Positions 46,966-58,982 of a DNA stretch of 64,000 nucleotides are shown piece after piece (the first letter of the stretch is position 1; each line of letters opens with the position of its first letter). Source of the stretch: Mobula hypostoma (taxonomy: Eukaryota); contig NC_086097.1 in assembly GCF_963921235.1 (NCBI RefSeq), forward strand, positions 222,210,001 through 222,274,000, in the 5' to 3' direction. Made by a program: the position numbers and the translations under genes. Under the pieces are notes generated by a model that was not told the origin of the DNA, made no database searches, and saw only the letters and a list, made by a program, of their open reading frames with translations.

Positions 46966-49228
46966 TAAAAAGGAAAGGTACGTCGCATCCGGAGTTTCTC
47001 TGGTTAGCGGACTATTTCCCTCCACGTGTCATAAAGAGGGACGCTGGTGGCAGACACAAATGCAAGACACAGACACTGGCGTACTAGGAACAGGACTAGG
47101 ACTAGAGTTAGGGAAATAACTGGATGCAGACTTGGGCTAGGACATTGGCATGGCAAGCGGGACCAGGACAAGGAACTGGGAACTAGGAGCCTGGGCTTAG
47201 ACTCCGAGCCGGAGCTTGGACAAGGGCCCGGAATCTGGGTCTTGACTCGGACTCAGACTCTGGAACTAGGTGAAGACATGACGAGGTTGGACGAGGCACA
47301 TGGACTGGATTTGGGGCCGGACTCGTACACAGAATGCTGAACACGACAAGATGGTTCCCAACACAAGGTAGCGGCAAATGGCCAGACCTACCTAGCGAAG
47401 GCGTGGACACAGACGGTTGAACTTGACCGCAATGCAGGTGAGGCAAGGCTACAGACACTGGTTGCTGGGCAAGGCTACAGGAGGAAGGGGCCGCGAAGGG
47501 ATTCAGACGGGGTTTTGACAGGAACAATCCAGCAGCCAAGCCCTGGTCTCCAGAGGTATTTATGTGTCTGCCCAAATGAGAATCATGTGCCTCAATTAGA
47601 GCATCCAACAGAACAATGGAAAACTGGAAAACCTTGAATACGGATCGACGGACCAGACCGTGAAATAGAATGCGGACTTCACAGACTGGACCATGACAGT
47701 ACCCCACCCCTGCCCCCTGATGGGAGCCTCCTGGCGGCCAATAGGCTTTCCGGGATTATTGGTGACCCAGGCAGGTGGGGGGGGGCATTCAACAAGAGGG
47801 GACCCTGGATGGTGAGAGTTTAACGACAGTGTCTGTGTCGCTAGGTCCAAGTCTAGCTGGACTGTTCTGTCATGGGGGGGGGGCGGGGGGTGCTGGTGGC
47901 AGACCCAAATGCAAGACACAGACACTGACGTTCTAGGAACAGGACTAGGACTAGAGTTGGGGATGTGACTGGATGCAGACTTCGGCTAGGACATTGGCAT
48001 GGCAAGTGGGACCAGGACAAGGAACTGGGAACTAGGAGCCTGGGCTTGGACTCCAAGCCAGAGACTGGACAAGGACCCAGAACCTGAGTCTTGACTTGGG
48101 CTCAGACATCGGAACTAGGCGAGGACATGGCGAGGCTACAGGACTGGACATGGCTTGGGTTCGGACTCCAAGCCGAGGACATGGCGAGGCTTGGGTTCGG
48201 ATTCCGAGCCAGAGACTGAACAAGGACCCAGAACCTGGGTCCTGACTCAGACTGCGGAGCTAGGCAAAGACATGATGTGGTCTTGGGAGACAGGACTAGG
48301 CGAGGCTACAGCACAGGACGAGGGAACTCCAGCACAGGACGAGAACACGAAGCCTTGACTTGGTACTCAGGAACATCCGAGCCTTGTACTTCAGACAACA
48401 GGAACCTCAAAACCTTGGACTTGGGACGACAGGAACACAGAACACAGAGCCTTGGTGTCTTGGGGAGGACAGGAACACAGAACACAGAGCCTTGGTCTTG
48501 GGGAGGACAGGAACACAGAGCCAGGACCCCTCCTTGGGAACAGGACTTAGGGCAAGGACTCATACACTGAATGCTGAACACGACAAGACAGTTCCCAACA
48601 CAAGGTAGTGGCAAACAGCCGGAACTACCCAGCGAAGTCGTGGACACCAAGACGGTTCCCAACACTAGGTGGCGGCAAACAGCTGAACCTACCTAGCAAA
48701 AGAGTGGACACAGATGGTTGAACTTGACAGCGATGCAGGCAAGGCAAGGGTTTCGGGTAAGGTGAGGAAACAGACACTGGTTGCAGGGCAAGGCTTCAGG
48801 AGGAAGGGGCCAAGAAGGGATTCAGACAGGGTGTTTTGACAGGAACAATAAAGCAGCCAAGCCCTGGTGTCCGGGGGTATTTATGTGTCTGCCCAAATGA
48901 GAATCATTTGCCTTAATTAGAGCACCCAACAGAACAATGGAGAACCGGAAAACCAGGAATACGGATTGACGGACCAGACCATAAACTAGAATGCGGACTT
49001 CATGGACTGGACCATGACACCGCACCTCTCTGACCTAGTGGGGAATCGCGTAGGAGGCAAGTTACAGCAGTGGTTTGCCATTGCCTTCTGCCGGGTGAGT
49101 TTCCAAAGAGATCACCATCTTGTAACCAAGCACGGATGGAAAGCATGCAGGGGAGCCAGCTGGCTGGATTCGAACCCGCGACCTTTCGTCCTGAAGTCCG
49201 ACGCTGATGCCACTACGCCACCAGCCGG
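46966..49228 (-). mobile_element. tRNA-derived SINE split by an LTR element (body 49020-49228, tail 46966-47026)
   Basis: Reverse strand A box TGGCGTAGTGG, B box GGTTCGAATCC, and GAAGGCAATGGCAAACCACT (RTE-associated SINE motif); flanks rejoin as GTCAGAGAGG-CGTGGAGGG. Confidence 0.75.
47027..49019 (-). mobile_element. Non-autonomous Gypsy-derived LTR element (TRIM-like): LTRs 47027-47698 and 47868-49019, 169-bp internal region
   Basis: Both LTRs are TGTCAT...ATGACA; minus-strand PPT AGGGGGCAGGGGTGGGG adjoins the left LTR; gag-start-like TTGGACCTAGCG follows the right LTR; decayed TSD CCACG/CCGCA. Confidence 0.88.
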
Positions 49229-50145
49229 GTCGCTGTGCTGGTGCAGGTTCAATAATATCAATCATATTAATGGGAATATGGTAGAAAGGCAAATTTTATA
49301 TTTTATATAAATTTATTTTAATTTTAAAGATATTTTAAAACAAGTATATCTTAAGTGCGTTATTTTTAACAAATTAATGATTTTAATAGTGATTAATTGT
49401 TAGTTTTTGTACTGCAGTGAGTGTCAGAGACCTTGAGGATTAAATGGGAACCAATTTCACTGAGAAGTTGCTGTTTGTAGATCTACTCATGGATAATGCC
49501 ATCTTCAGAGAAGGAGGAATAGCAATTGTTGGTGGATCTCATTAAATTTCAGGTAACTATGTTGAATATTGTAATTATATCTTAAATTTCCCAAAATTGT
49601 ATATTTTGCATGGCCCACATTTGGAATGGGCTGCAATTGGTACTCCAATATATCACACATTTATCCCTCACTTGGAGAACCTGCCAGCTTCATAGTAGAC
49701 TTCATCTCAGAAGACAGTATGTTGTGAATGGGGCCCAATGCTGTGGTGGGGCCAATGGCCTACTTTAGAAAAACACTTAATTTCTGAAAGCAGAATTTCA
49801 AGAAAAAAAAATTCTTTCTTTCCTGTTAGGCCAGAGTAACCTATGCTCTTAAAATGTTTGTGGAAACCAAAAATAAATATTTAAACCCTTTTCACCAAAG
49901 GAGTAACGGATGTTAAGCTTAAATGTTGTTTCTTTAAGCCTTCAGAGGCTAGAAATCATGGATCATTGATGGATCCTGTGTGCCAGGCATTACAGAAGAG
50001 GAAAAGGAATGAAGAAAGAAATAGATTCAAGATTCAATATCATTAGTGTCATTTCTTTTACACAATGGTAAGAAGAACAAAATAATTGTTACTCCAGATC
50101 AGATGCAGCACACAAAAAAACAAAGGACATAATAATAATAATAAT

Positions 50146-53100
50146 ACAAATGCAATTAATTCAATTGTTCAACTATTTTTAAAGATAAAAATATGAACTT
50201 TGGACTAGATAAATGCAAAACATTATACATGAAGAAAGTTGCAATAGAGCTAGTAGCATATAAAACAGAGCAGCAGGGTACAACACAATCGATGCACGAA
50301 TATGAAACGTATATGTATCTGGGATGTCAACAAGCCAAAAAAAGTCATATTGTGATAAAGGGAAAACTTTTGACAGAATTTGCTTCAAGGCTTAAGAGAA
50401 TTTGCCAAACAAAGCTCAATTATAAAGTTATAACAAAACAATAAGTACTTTCTCCATATTCATATTAACATATTCTTTTGGCATAATATTTTGGTTGGGA
50501 ACTGAACTAGAAAATTTACAAGAAAAATAAGAACTGAAATGACAAATTTTATAAACACTATGTACACACTTGAACACACTTAGACTAACACTACCTGTCA
50601 CAGAAGGATGAAAAAGAATAATAGACATAAGAATATTGCACAACAGTCAAATAAAATTTCTAAGGATATATTTTCATTGGCCAAAGCAGAATTCAGCACT
50701 CCACGTGAGTATATGCAATTCTGATAAGAAGTAAACACCACTAAACTTAGTTGTAAGCACAAGCCAGAAAAATGAAATAATTATAACTACAGAAAAAGTT
50801 AACCAATAGAAGAGCATGCCCCTCCTTGGAAGACATCCCCACGATACGAACATCAAATGCCTGCCAGGCTCACAGTTGGAGACCTCTTCCCAGAGATAGG
50901 AGGGTTCCTGGTCGTAATACTGGACCAGGTGGTTAACACAAAAAAATTTAAAAAGTACATAATAAACGACAAACAAATTCAAGATGAGCAATCAGAAACA
51001 ATCCAACACATTACAGGATCCTGTAGCAGTTTAACTCAATCTGATTACTTACACAGGCACAATCAAGTGGCAAACATCATTCAACAAAATCTTGCTTTAA
51101 AATACAAATTCATAAAGGAAACCATCCCTTACTATAAATACAAGCCTGATCCAGTTTTAGAGACAGAGTCTTACAAATAATATTACAACCAATCCATGAT
51201 TACAGATAGGACAATCCACAATAACCATCCAAATGTACTATTATGAAATAAACAATCAAGAAACTTACTTACTGGACATAGCCATTTCAAACGCACAACA
51301 TGCAGAAATCAATAAGTGAAAAACATCAGAAATATGCTGAATGAAAACAGGAAATTGAAAGACAATGGAACATGATAAGGAGAAAAGTGAAAGTGGCAGG
51401 CCGACAAATCCAGGGCAAGCATTAAAAAGGGCCACTTTTCAACATAATTGTATAAGGGCTAAGAGAGTTGTAAAAGAGCGCCTGAAGGCTTTGTGTGTCA
51501 ATCCAAGGAGCATTCGTTATAAGGTGGATGAATTGAAAGTGCAGATTGTTATTAATGATGATGATATAGTTGGGATCACAGAGACATGGCTCCAGGGTGA
51601 CCAGGGATGGGAGCTCAACGTTCAGGGATATTCAATATTCAGGAGGGATAGATATGAAGGAAGGGGAGGTGGGGTGGCGTTGCTGGTTAAAGAAGAGATT
51701 AACGCAATAGAAAGGAAGGACATAAGCCGGGAAGATGTGGAATCGATATGGGTAGAGCTGCGTAACACTAAGGGGCAGAAGACGCTGGTGGGAGTTGTGT
51801 ACAGGCCATCTAACAGTAGTAGTGAGGTCGGAGATGGTATTAAACAGGAAATTAGAAATGTGTGCAATAAAGGAACAGCAGTTATAATGGGTGACTTCAA
51901 TCTACATGTAGATTGGGTGAACCAAACTGGCAAAGGTGCTGAGGAAGAGGATTTCTTGGAATGTATACGGGATGGTTTTTTGAACCAACATGTCGAGGAA
52001 CCAACTAGAGAGCAGGCTATTCTGGACTGGGTTTTGAGCAATGAGGAAGGGTTAATTAGCAATCTTGTCGTGAGAGGCCCCTTGGGTAAGAGTGACCATA
52101 ATATGGTGGAATTCTTCATTAAGATGGAGAGTGAGATAGTTAATTCAGAAACAAAGGTTCTGAATTTAAAGAGGGGTAACTTTGAAGGTATGAGATGTGA
52201 ATTAGCTAAGATAGACTGGCAAATGACACTTAAAGGATTGACGGTGGATATGCAATGGCAAGCATTTAAAGGTTGCATGGATGAACTACAACAATTGTTC
52301 ATCCCAGTTTGGCAAAAGAATAAATCAAGGAAGGTAGGGCACCCGTGGCTGTCAAGAGAAATTAGGTATAGTATCAATTCCAAAGAAGAAGCATACAAAT
52401 TAGCCAGAGAAAGGGCTCACCTGAGGACTGGGAGAAATTCAGAGTTCAGCAGAGGAGGACAAAGGGCTTAATTAGGAAGGGGAAAAAAGATTATGAGAGA
52501 AAACTGGCAGGGAACATAAAAACTGACTGTAAAAGCTTTTATAGATATGTAAAAAGGAAAAGACTGGTAAAGACAAATGTAGGTCCCCTACAGACAGAAA
52601 CAGGTGAATTGATTATGGGGAGCAAGGACATGGCAGACCAATTGAATAATTACTTTGGTTCTGTCTTCACTAAGGAGGACATAAATAATCTTCCAGAAAT
52701 AGTAGGGGACAGAGGGTCCAGTGAGATGGAGGAACTGAGCGAAATACATGTTAGTAGGGAAGTGGTGTTAGGTAAATTGAAGGGATTGAAGGCAGATAAA
52801 TCCCCAGGGCCAGATGGTCTGCATCCTAGAGTGCTTAAGGAAGTAGCCCAAGAAATAGTGGATGCATTAGTGATAATTTTTCAAAACTCGTTAGATTCTG
52901 GACTAGTTCCTGAGGATTGGAGGGTGGCTAATGTAACCCCACTTTTTAAAAAAGGAGCGAGAGAGAAACCAGGGAATTATAGACCGGTTAGCCTAATGTC
53001 GGTGGTGGGGAAACTGCTGGAGTCAGTTATCAAAGATGTGATAACAGCACATTTGGAAAGCGGTGAAATCATCGGACAAAGTCAGCATGGATTTGTGAAA

Positions 53101-54620
53101 GGAAAATCATGTCTGACGAATCTCATAGAATTTTTTGAGGATGTAACTAGTAGAGTGGATAGGGGAGAACCAGTGGATGTGGTATATTTGGATTTTCAAA
53201 AGGCTTTTGACAAGGTCCCACACAGGAGATTAGTGTGCAAACTTAAAGCACACGGTATTGGGGGTAAGGTATTGATGTGGATGGAGAATTGGTTAGCAGA
53301 CAGGAAGCAAAGAGTGGGAATAAACGGGACCTTTTCAGAATGGCAGGCGGTGACTAGTGGGGTACCGCAAGGCTCAGTGCTGGGACCCCAGTTGTTTACA
53401 ATATATATTAATGACTTGGATGAGGGAATTAAATGCAGCATCTCCAAGTTTGCGGATGACACGAAGCTGGGTGGCAGTGTTAGCTGTGAGGAGGATGCTA
53501 AGAGGATGCAGAATGACTTGGATAGGTTGGGTGAGTGGGCAAATTCATGGCAGATGCAATTTAATGTGGATAAATGTGAAGTTATCCACTTTGGTGGCAA
53601 AAATAGGAAAACAGATTATTATCTGAATGGTGGCCGATTAGGAAAAGGGGAGGTGCAACGAGACCTGGGTGTCATTATACACCAGTCATTGAAAGTGGGC
53701 ATGCAGGTACAGCAGGCGGTGAAAAAGGCGAATGGTATGCTGGCATTTATAGCGAGAGGATTCGAGTACAGGAGCAGGGAGGTACTACTGCAGTTGTACA
53801 AGGCCTTGGTGAGACCACACCTGGAGTATTGTGTGCAGTTTTGGTCCCCTAATCTGAGGAAAGACATCCTTGCCATAGAGGGAGTACAAAGAAGGTTCAC
53901 CAGATTGATTCCTGGGATGGCAGGACTTTCATATGAAGAAAGACTGGATGAACTGGGCTTGTACTCGTTGGAATTTAGAAGATTGAGGGGGGATCTGATT
54001 GAAACATATAAAATCCTAAAGGGATTGGACAGGCTAGTTGCAGGAAGATTGTTCCCGATGTTGGGGAAGTCCAGAACAAGGGGTCACAGTTTGAGGATAA
54101 AGGGGAAGCCTTTTAGGACCGAGATTAGGAAAAACGTCTTCACACAGAGAGTGGTGAATCTGTGGAATTCTCTGCCACAGGAAACAGTTGAGGCCAGTTC
54201 ATTGGCTATATTTAAGAGGGAGTTAGATATGGCCCTTGTGGCTACGGGGGTCAGGGGGTATGGAGGGAAGGCTGGGGCGGGGTTCTGAGTTGGATGATCA
54301 GCCATGATCATAATAAATGGTGGTGCAGGCTCGAACGGCCGAATGGCCTACTCCTGCACCTATTTTCTATGTTTCTATGATCAGGGTATACATTGCCCGG
54401 GTGGTAATATCTACAAAGGCACTACATGGCAACATTGGTGTAAATAGCAATTAGGCTTACACAGAAATATTTATGTAAATCTCCAGAAGACCACAATATT
54501 AAGCACCACTGAAGTAGTGTGACAGTTCCTAGCAATTGATAAAGGAGTGTGCTTGACTATGCTCATACCTCAGGTTTTATCAGCTTGAGATTACAAAAAA
54601 TAAAAATATAATAATGATAA
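50146..54620 (+). mobile_element. R4/Dong-clade non-LTR element with restriction-like endonuclease, decayed, split by CR1
   Basis: FGLDKC, YMYLG, LFPEIGGFLVVILDQVVNT, ETIQHITGSC..YLHRHNQVA, TDRTIHNNHPN; after the CR1, LQKTTILSTT..V.QFL; (TAA)n at both flanks. Confidence 0.85.
51377..54376 (+). mobile_element. Young CR1 with essentially complete ORF2 (one apparent frameshift near 52410)
   Basis: ORFs 51365-52471 (APE: VGITETW, YRP, GDFN, SDH) and 52609-54288 (559-aa RT); TTTCTATG tail; ATGAT on both flanks. Confidence 0.96.
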
Positions 54621-56224
54621 AAATAAGCACAATAAATATAAATACATAAATAGCTTATGTACTGTACACAGATTGTATGTCCATAAAATGATGCTACGCT
54701 ATACATAAGGTGACTTGTGAGAAATAATAAAGTAATGGTGGAGTTAGTGGGTTGGGGTGTTGATCAGCCTTATGGCTCGGAGAAAGTACATAACTGTTTT
54801 TGATCCTGATGTGGGTGCTAATGAGAGTGGAACAAACAGTTCATGAGCAGAGTGAGTTTGATCTTTCATTATGTTACTGGCCCTTTTACAGCATCTTTCT
54901 GTATACATGTCCTTGATGGGAGAGGGGAAGAAGGTGACCAGTGTTGCATTGGGCAGTTTTGACTACCCATTGCAGGGCCTTCCTGTCCACTGCAGTACAG
55001 TTTTTGTGCCAAGCAGTGATGCAACCTATTCTGATGCTCTCTACTGTGCATCTGTAGAATGACCTGAGTATGGATGTGAGAAGTCCAGTTCTCTTCAATC
55101 TCCTCGGAATGAAGAGGTGTTGGTGAGCTTTCTTGACTGTGTAGGATATGTTCTGGGGCCATGAAAGGCTGTGTGTGATGAGCACTCCAAGGAGTTTGAA
55201 ACTGCTTGGAACTTTCCACTGATGTGACGCCGATGTAAAAAGGGGGGTGTGAGTTCTCCTGAAATTAACAACTATATCCTTTGTCTTGTTGACGCTAAAC
55301 AAGAGGTTAATTACTGGCACCAGGCCTCAAGCTCTTTTACCTCCTCTCTGAAAGCCAGCTCATCGTTGTTGGTGATGAGCACCACGACTGTCGTGTCATC
55401 GGCGAACTTGATGATGTGATTGCTCGGATGTTTGGTCATGCAGTCATGTGTGAGCAGAGTGTACAGCCGTGAGCTCAGGCCCAGCTGCCTCACAGGGATT
55501 GATTCTCTGCAGGGTGCTTCTGATGTCTGCTGTTGTAACAGACAGTAGCTGCTCACCTGAGAGGTTTTGTGGCCAGCGTCATGTCGCACGCCTTGCAATG
55601 TGCATAAAAGTTTGTACAGTATGATCTTAAGCAATCTTATAAACCAGCTCAGGCTAGCTTCCATCCTACAATCCCACCCCTGTTCCCACCCCCAAAAAAA
55701 CAAATGAAAGGCTGATTGAGAAACTCAGACTCGTTCAGACCTACTTCAGGAAAATACATAAATGAGCAGTGGATTTTGAAAGAAATTTTCATAGAAAGCA
55801 TATAGAATCACTTCTTCATGTACAACATCACTGTTGAAGCATTCACATTTGAAATTAATTTGCCTTTATTTTTCAAGTGATTTACGGAGGTCACATTGTG
55901 ATCCAGCATTTACAAGCTATAATAAGGAAAGCTATTTGTGATGCTGGTGCCTACTATGAAAAGCAATAGCAGGTGTTAACAATTTTATTATTTCAAAGCT
56001 TTAAATCTGGATCAATACCAGAAGCAACAATGAACACATGCATCGTCAGAAATAGCTCCCAGAGAAATTGTAAACCAACCTAACAGCTGTGCACTTTAAG
56101 TTTATTTTCCCCTCATTTTAATTTAATAAAGAAATGTACAACCAAGTCTCTCTATTAATTATACTACACAACATTTATTAACTTAAAGGTCATGAACATA
56201 TCTATATGCTTATGTCAGAAACTT

Positions 56225-56375
56225 GCGAATTCCAACCCTCACTTTGGAATTAAGCACATGATCCAGACTAATATTCAATGCAGAACTGAGCAGTGCATTG
56301 TTTAGTATCTTGTACTTCAAAGATACTTACTGAGGCCCCAATCACCTAAATAAATATTGCAATCCCTTGCTTAGA
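56225..56375 (+). mobile_element. Ancient Deu-domain SINE fragment (SacSINE/AmnSINE-like)
   Basis: TAAGCACATGATCCAGACTAATATTCAATGCAGAACTGAGCAGTGC..TGAGGCCCC resembles the Deu core as recalled, not aligned. Confidence 0.5.
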
Positions 56376-56449
56376 ATTACAGCTTTCAGCAGAATCCAAG
56401 TTAAAGCATGGTAAATCAGAACTAAGGTCATATGAATCAGAAAAAATGA

Positions 56450-56650
56450 AAATGCCTATTTATAACAGCAGTTCATCACAACAGGAAGTTCCAAAGTATT
56501 TGCAGCACATTTGCAAACTAATCATTGTTTTAATGTGGGGAAAGTAGTCACCAATTCGTGCACAATAAAGTCAACAGATTGATAATGACCAGTAAAACCT
56601 CTTCTCAGGTGTTCATCAAAGTCTATCCTCTGGCCAGGAACTTCCAGGAA
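56450..56650 (-). mobile_element. Ancient Deu-SINE 3' portion
   Basis: ATTTATAACAGC..CAGGAAGTTCCAAAG..TAATGTGGGGAAA..CCAATTCGTGCACA..GATAATGACCAG..TGGCCAGGA resembles the reverse of a SacSINE-like tail. Confidence 0.5.
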
Positions 56651-56904
56651 GTGCACTGTGAAAAGAACTGTCAAAAATTCATTTCTCAAAACATATTTCA
56701 ATTGTTTTGCCAATTTTGTCTATTGTTTAATTTCCAAAACAAACTTCAAGTTCAAAAGGTTAGTCATATGCCAATACAATATCTAAATTTACTACTGAAC
56801 TGTCTTTTGTAATGTTCCATTCTGCAGAGAACCTTCAGCAAATAGCAGAACACTTGTCAACACCTTCCACACTTCCATGCCTGCACAGTACAATGGTTAA
56901 GCCA

Positions 56905-57214
56905 AAAACCCTCCTGGTGGCTACCCATTTCAGATTGACTTCCATTCACATTATCATTGTGTGGCCTCCTCTACTGCCATGTTGAGGCCAACAGCTCATA
57001 TTCCATCTCAGTAGCCTCTGACCTGATGGCAGGAACATTGATTTCTCTGTTTTCTGGTCATTTCTGACCAATCTCCATCACTGTTTTTACACTCCCTATT
57101 CTGGTTCCCCGCTCAGATCCCTTTTCTGTTCAGCTAACCATAACCTCACTCATGTCACATTCCATCTCTCGCTCCCATGGCTCACTGCCCTTTCCTATCA
57201 GATTCCTTCTTCTC
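56905..57214 (+). mobile_element. Older Penelope-like 3' fragment
   Basis: VATHF, GLLYC and LIFHLSSL.PDGRNIDFS, followed by a pyrimidine-rich UTR. Confidence 0.75.
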
Positions 57215-58982
57215 CAAAAGGGCAAATCTGCAGATGTTGGATATCCAACCAAAACATGTAAAATGCCATGGGATCTCAGCAGGCCAGGCAGCAGCTATGG
57301 AAAAGAGTAAACAATCAACGTTTCGGGCCAAGACCCTTCATTAGGACTGGAAAAAAAGATAAGAAGTTAGAGCAAGAAGATGGGGGGGTGGTGGCGAGGC
57401 TAGATGAAAGGGGGCAAGTGTAATGGAGAGGAGGAGGGGTGAAGTAAAGAGCTGGGAAGTTGATAGGTGAAAGAGATAAAGGACTGGAAAGGAGAAATCT
57501 GGTAGAAGAAGGTAGGAGACCATGGAAGAAAGAAAAGAGGAGGAGAACCAAAGGGAGGTGATGGGCAGGTAAGTGTATAAGATGAGAGAGGGAAATGGGA
57601 ATAGGAGAATGGTGAAGGAGGATGGGGTGCAATTACTGGAAGTTCGAGAAATCAATGTTTGTGCCATCAGGCCAGTGGCTATCCAGACAGAATACAAGGT
57701 GTTGCTCCTCTAACCAGAGTGTGGCCTCATCGCGGCAGTGGAGGAGGCTATGGACTGACATGTCGGAATGGTAATGGGAAGCAGGATTGAAATAGATGAC
57801 CACCAGGAGAACCTGCTTTTTCTAGCAGAGGGATCAGAGGTGCTCGGTGAAGTGTTTTCTCAATCTACGCCGGATCTCACCGATATACAGGAGGTCACAC
57901 CAGAAGCACTGGATACAGTAGACGACCCCACAAGACTCACAGGTAAAGTGCCACCTCACTAGCAAGGACTGTTTGGGGCCCTGAATGGTAGTGAGGGAGG
58001 AGGTGCAGCGATAGGGATGTCACTTGTTCTGCTTGCAAGGATAAGTACCAGGAGGGAGATCAGTGGGGAGGGACGAATGGCCAAGGGAGTCATGTAGGGA
58101 GTTATCCCTGTGGAAAGTGGAAATGGTGGGGGGGGGGAGCGAAAGATATGCTTGGTGGTGGGATCCCATTGGAGATGGCGGGAGTTACAAAGGATACGGA
58201 GACTGGTAGGGTAGCAGATGAGGACAAGAGAAGCCTTATCCCTGGTGGGGTAGAGGGAGGATGGGGTGAGGGCAGTTGTGCGTGAAATGGAAGAGAATGC
58301 AGATGAGGGCAGTGCAGTTAGTGGAGGAAAGAAAGCCCCTTTCTTTGAAGAAGGAGGACATCTCATTAGTTCTGGAATGAAGAGCCTCATCCTGAGAGCA
58401 GATGCGGCTGAGATAGAGGTACTGACAGAAAGGGATGGCATTTTTACAAGCGACAGGGTGGGAAGATGTATAGACCACATAGCTGTGAGAATCAGTGGGT
58501 TTAGAAAAGAGATCAGTTGATAAACTGTCTCCAGAGATGGAGACAGAGTTTGAGAAAGGCGAGGGAAGTATTGGAAATGAACCAGGTAAATTTGAGGGCA
58601 GGGTGGAAGCTGGATGCAAAGTTGATGACGTCAACAAGCTCAGCATGGGTGCAGGAGGTAGCATCAATGCAGTCGTTGATATGGCATCAGAAAAGTTGGG
58701 GAGTGATATCAGTGCAGGCTTGGAACGTAGACTGGTCCTTCTTCTTTAGCCTTCTACAATTTCCAACTATCCCCTCCCAGCTTCTTATTTTAATCCTCCT
58801 CCTCCACCCACCTTCACCCGTCCTGGTTTCATTTATCATCTGCCAGCTTGTCCTCCTTCCCCTCCTCCCACCTTCTTATTCCGGCTTCTGCTCTATCCTT
58901 TTCCAGTCTTGATGAAAAGTCTCGGTCCAAAATGTTAATTCCCCTCCACAGACACTGCCTGACTTGCTGAGTTCTTCCAGCA
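57215..58982 (-). mobile_element. Penelope-like element (RT C-terminus to GIY-YIG to terminal repeat) with an inverted terminal-repeat piece at 58745-58982
   Basis: Reverse ORF LSTDLFSKPTDSHSYVVYTSSHPVACKNAIPFCQY..SRICS; decayed hammerheads at 57313-57348 (-, CTAATGA) and ~58905-58940 (+, TTGATGA). Confidence 0.88.

Larger units (their letters stand above)
50022..55480 (-). mobile_element. Rex1/Babar LINE split by an R4/Dong insertion (tail 50022-50145, body 54620-55480)
   Basis: LYTLLTHDC..IIKFADDTTVV, LSVNKTKDIVVNFRR, KKAHQHLF and ESIRIGCITAW; TGAATCT-type tail. Confidence 0.85.

Noticed and set aside
49160..49228. tRNA gene
   Set aside because: A and B boxes are present but the sequence continues into a SINE body and tail without a clear acceptor stem or terminator
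51622..52398. 258-aa antisense ORF (and similar antisense ORFs over other CR1 copies)
   Set aside because: Shadow frames of CR1 ORF2 with no independent motifs
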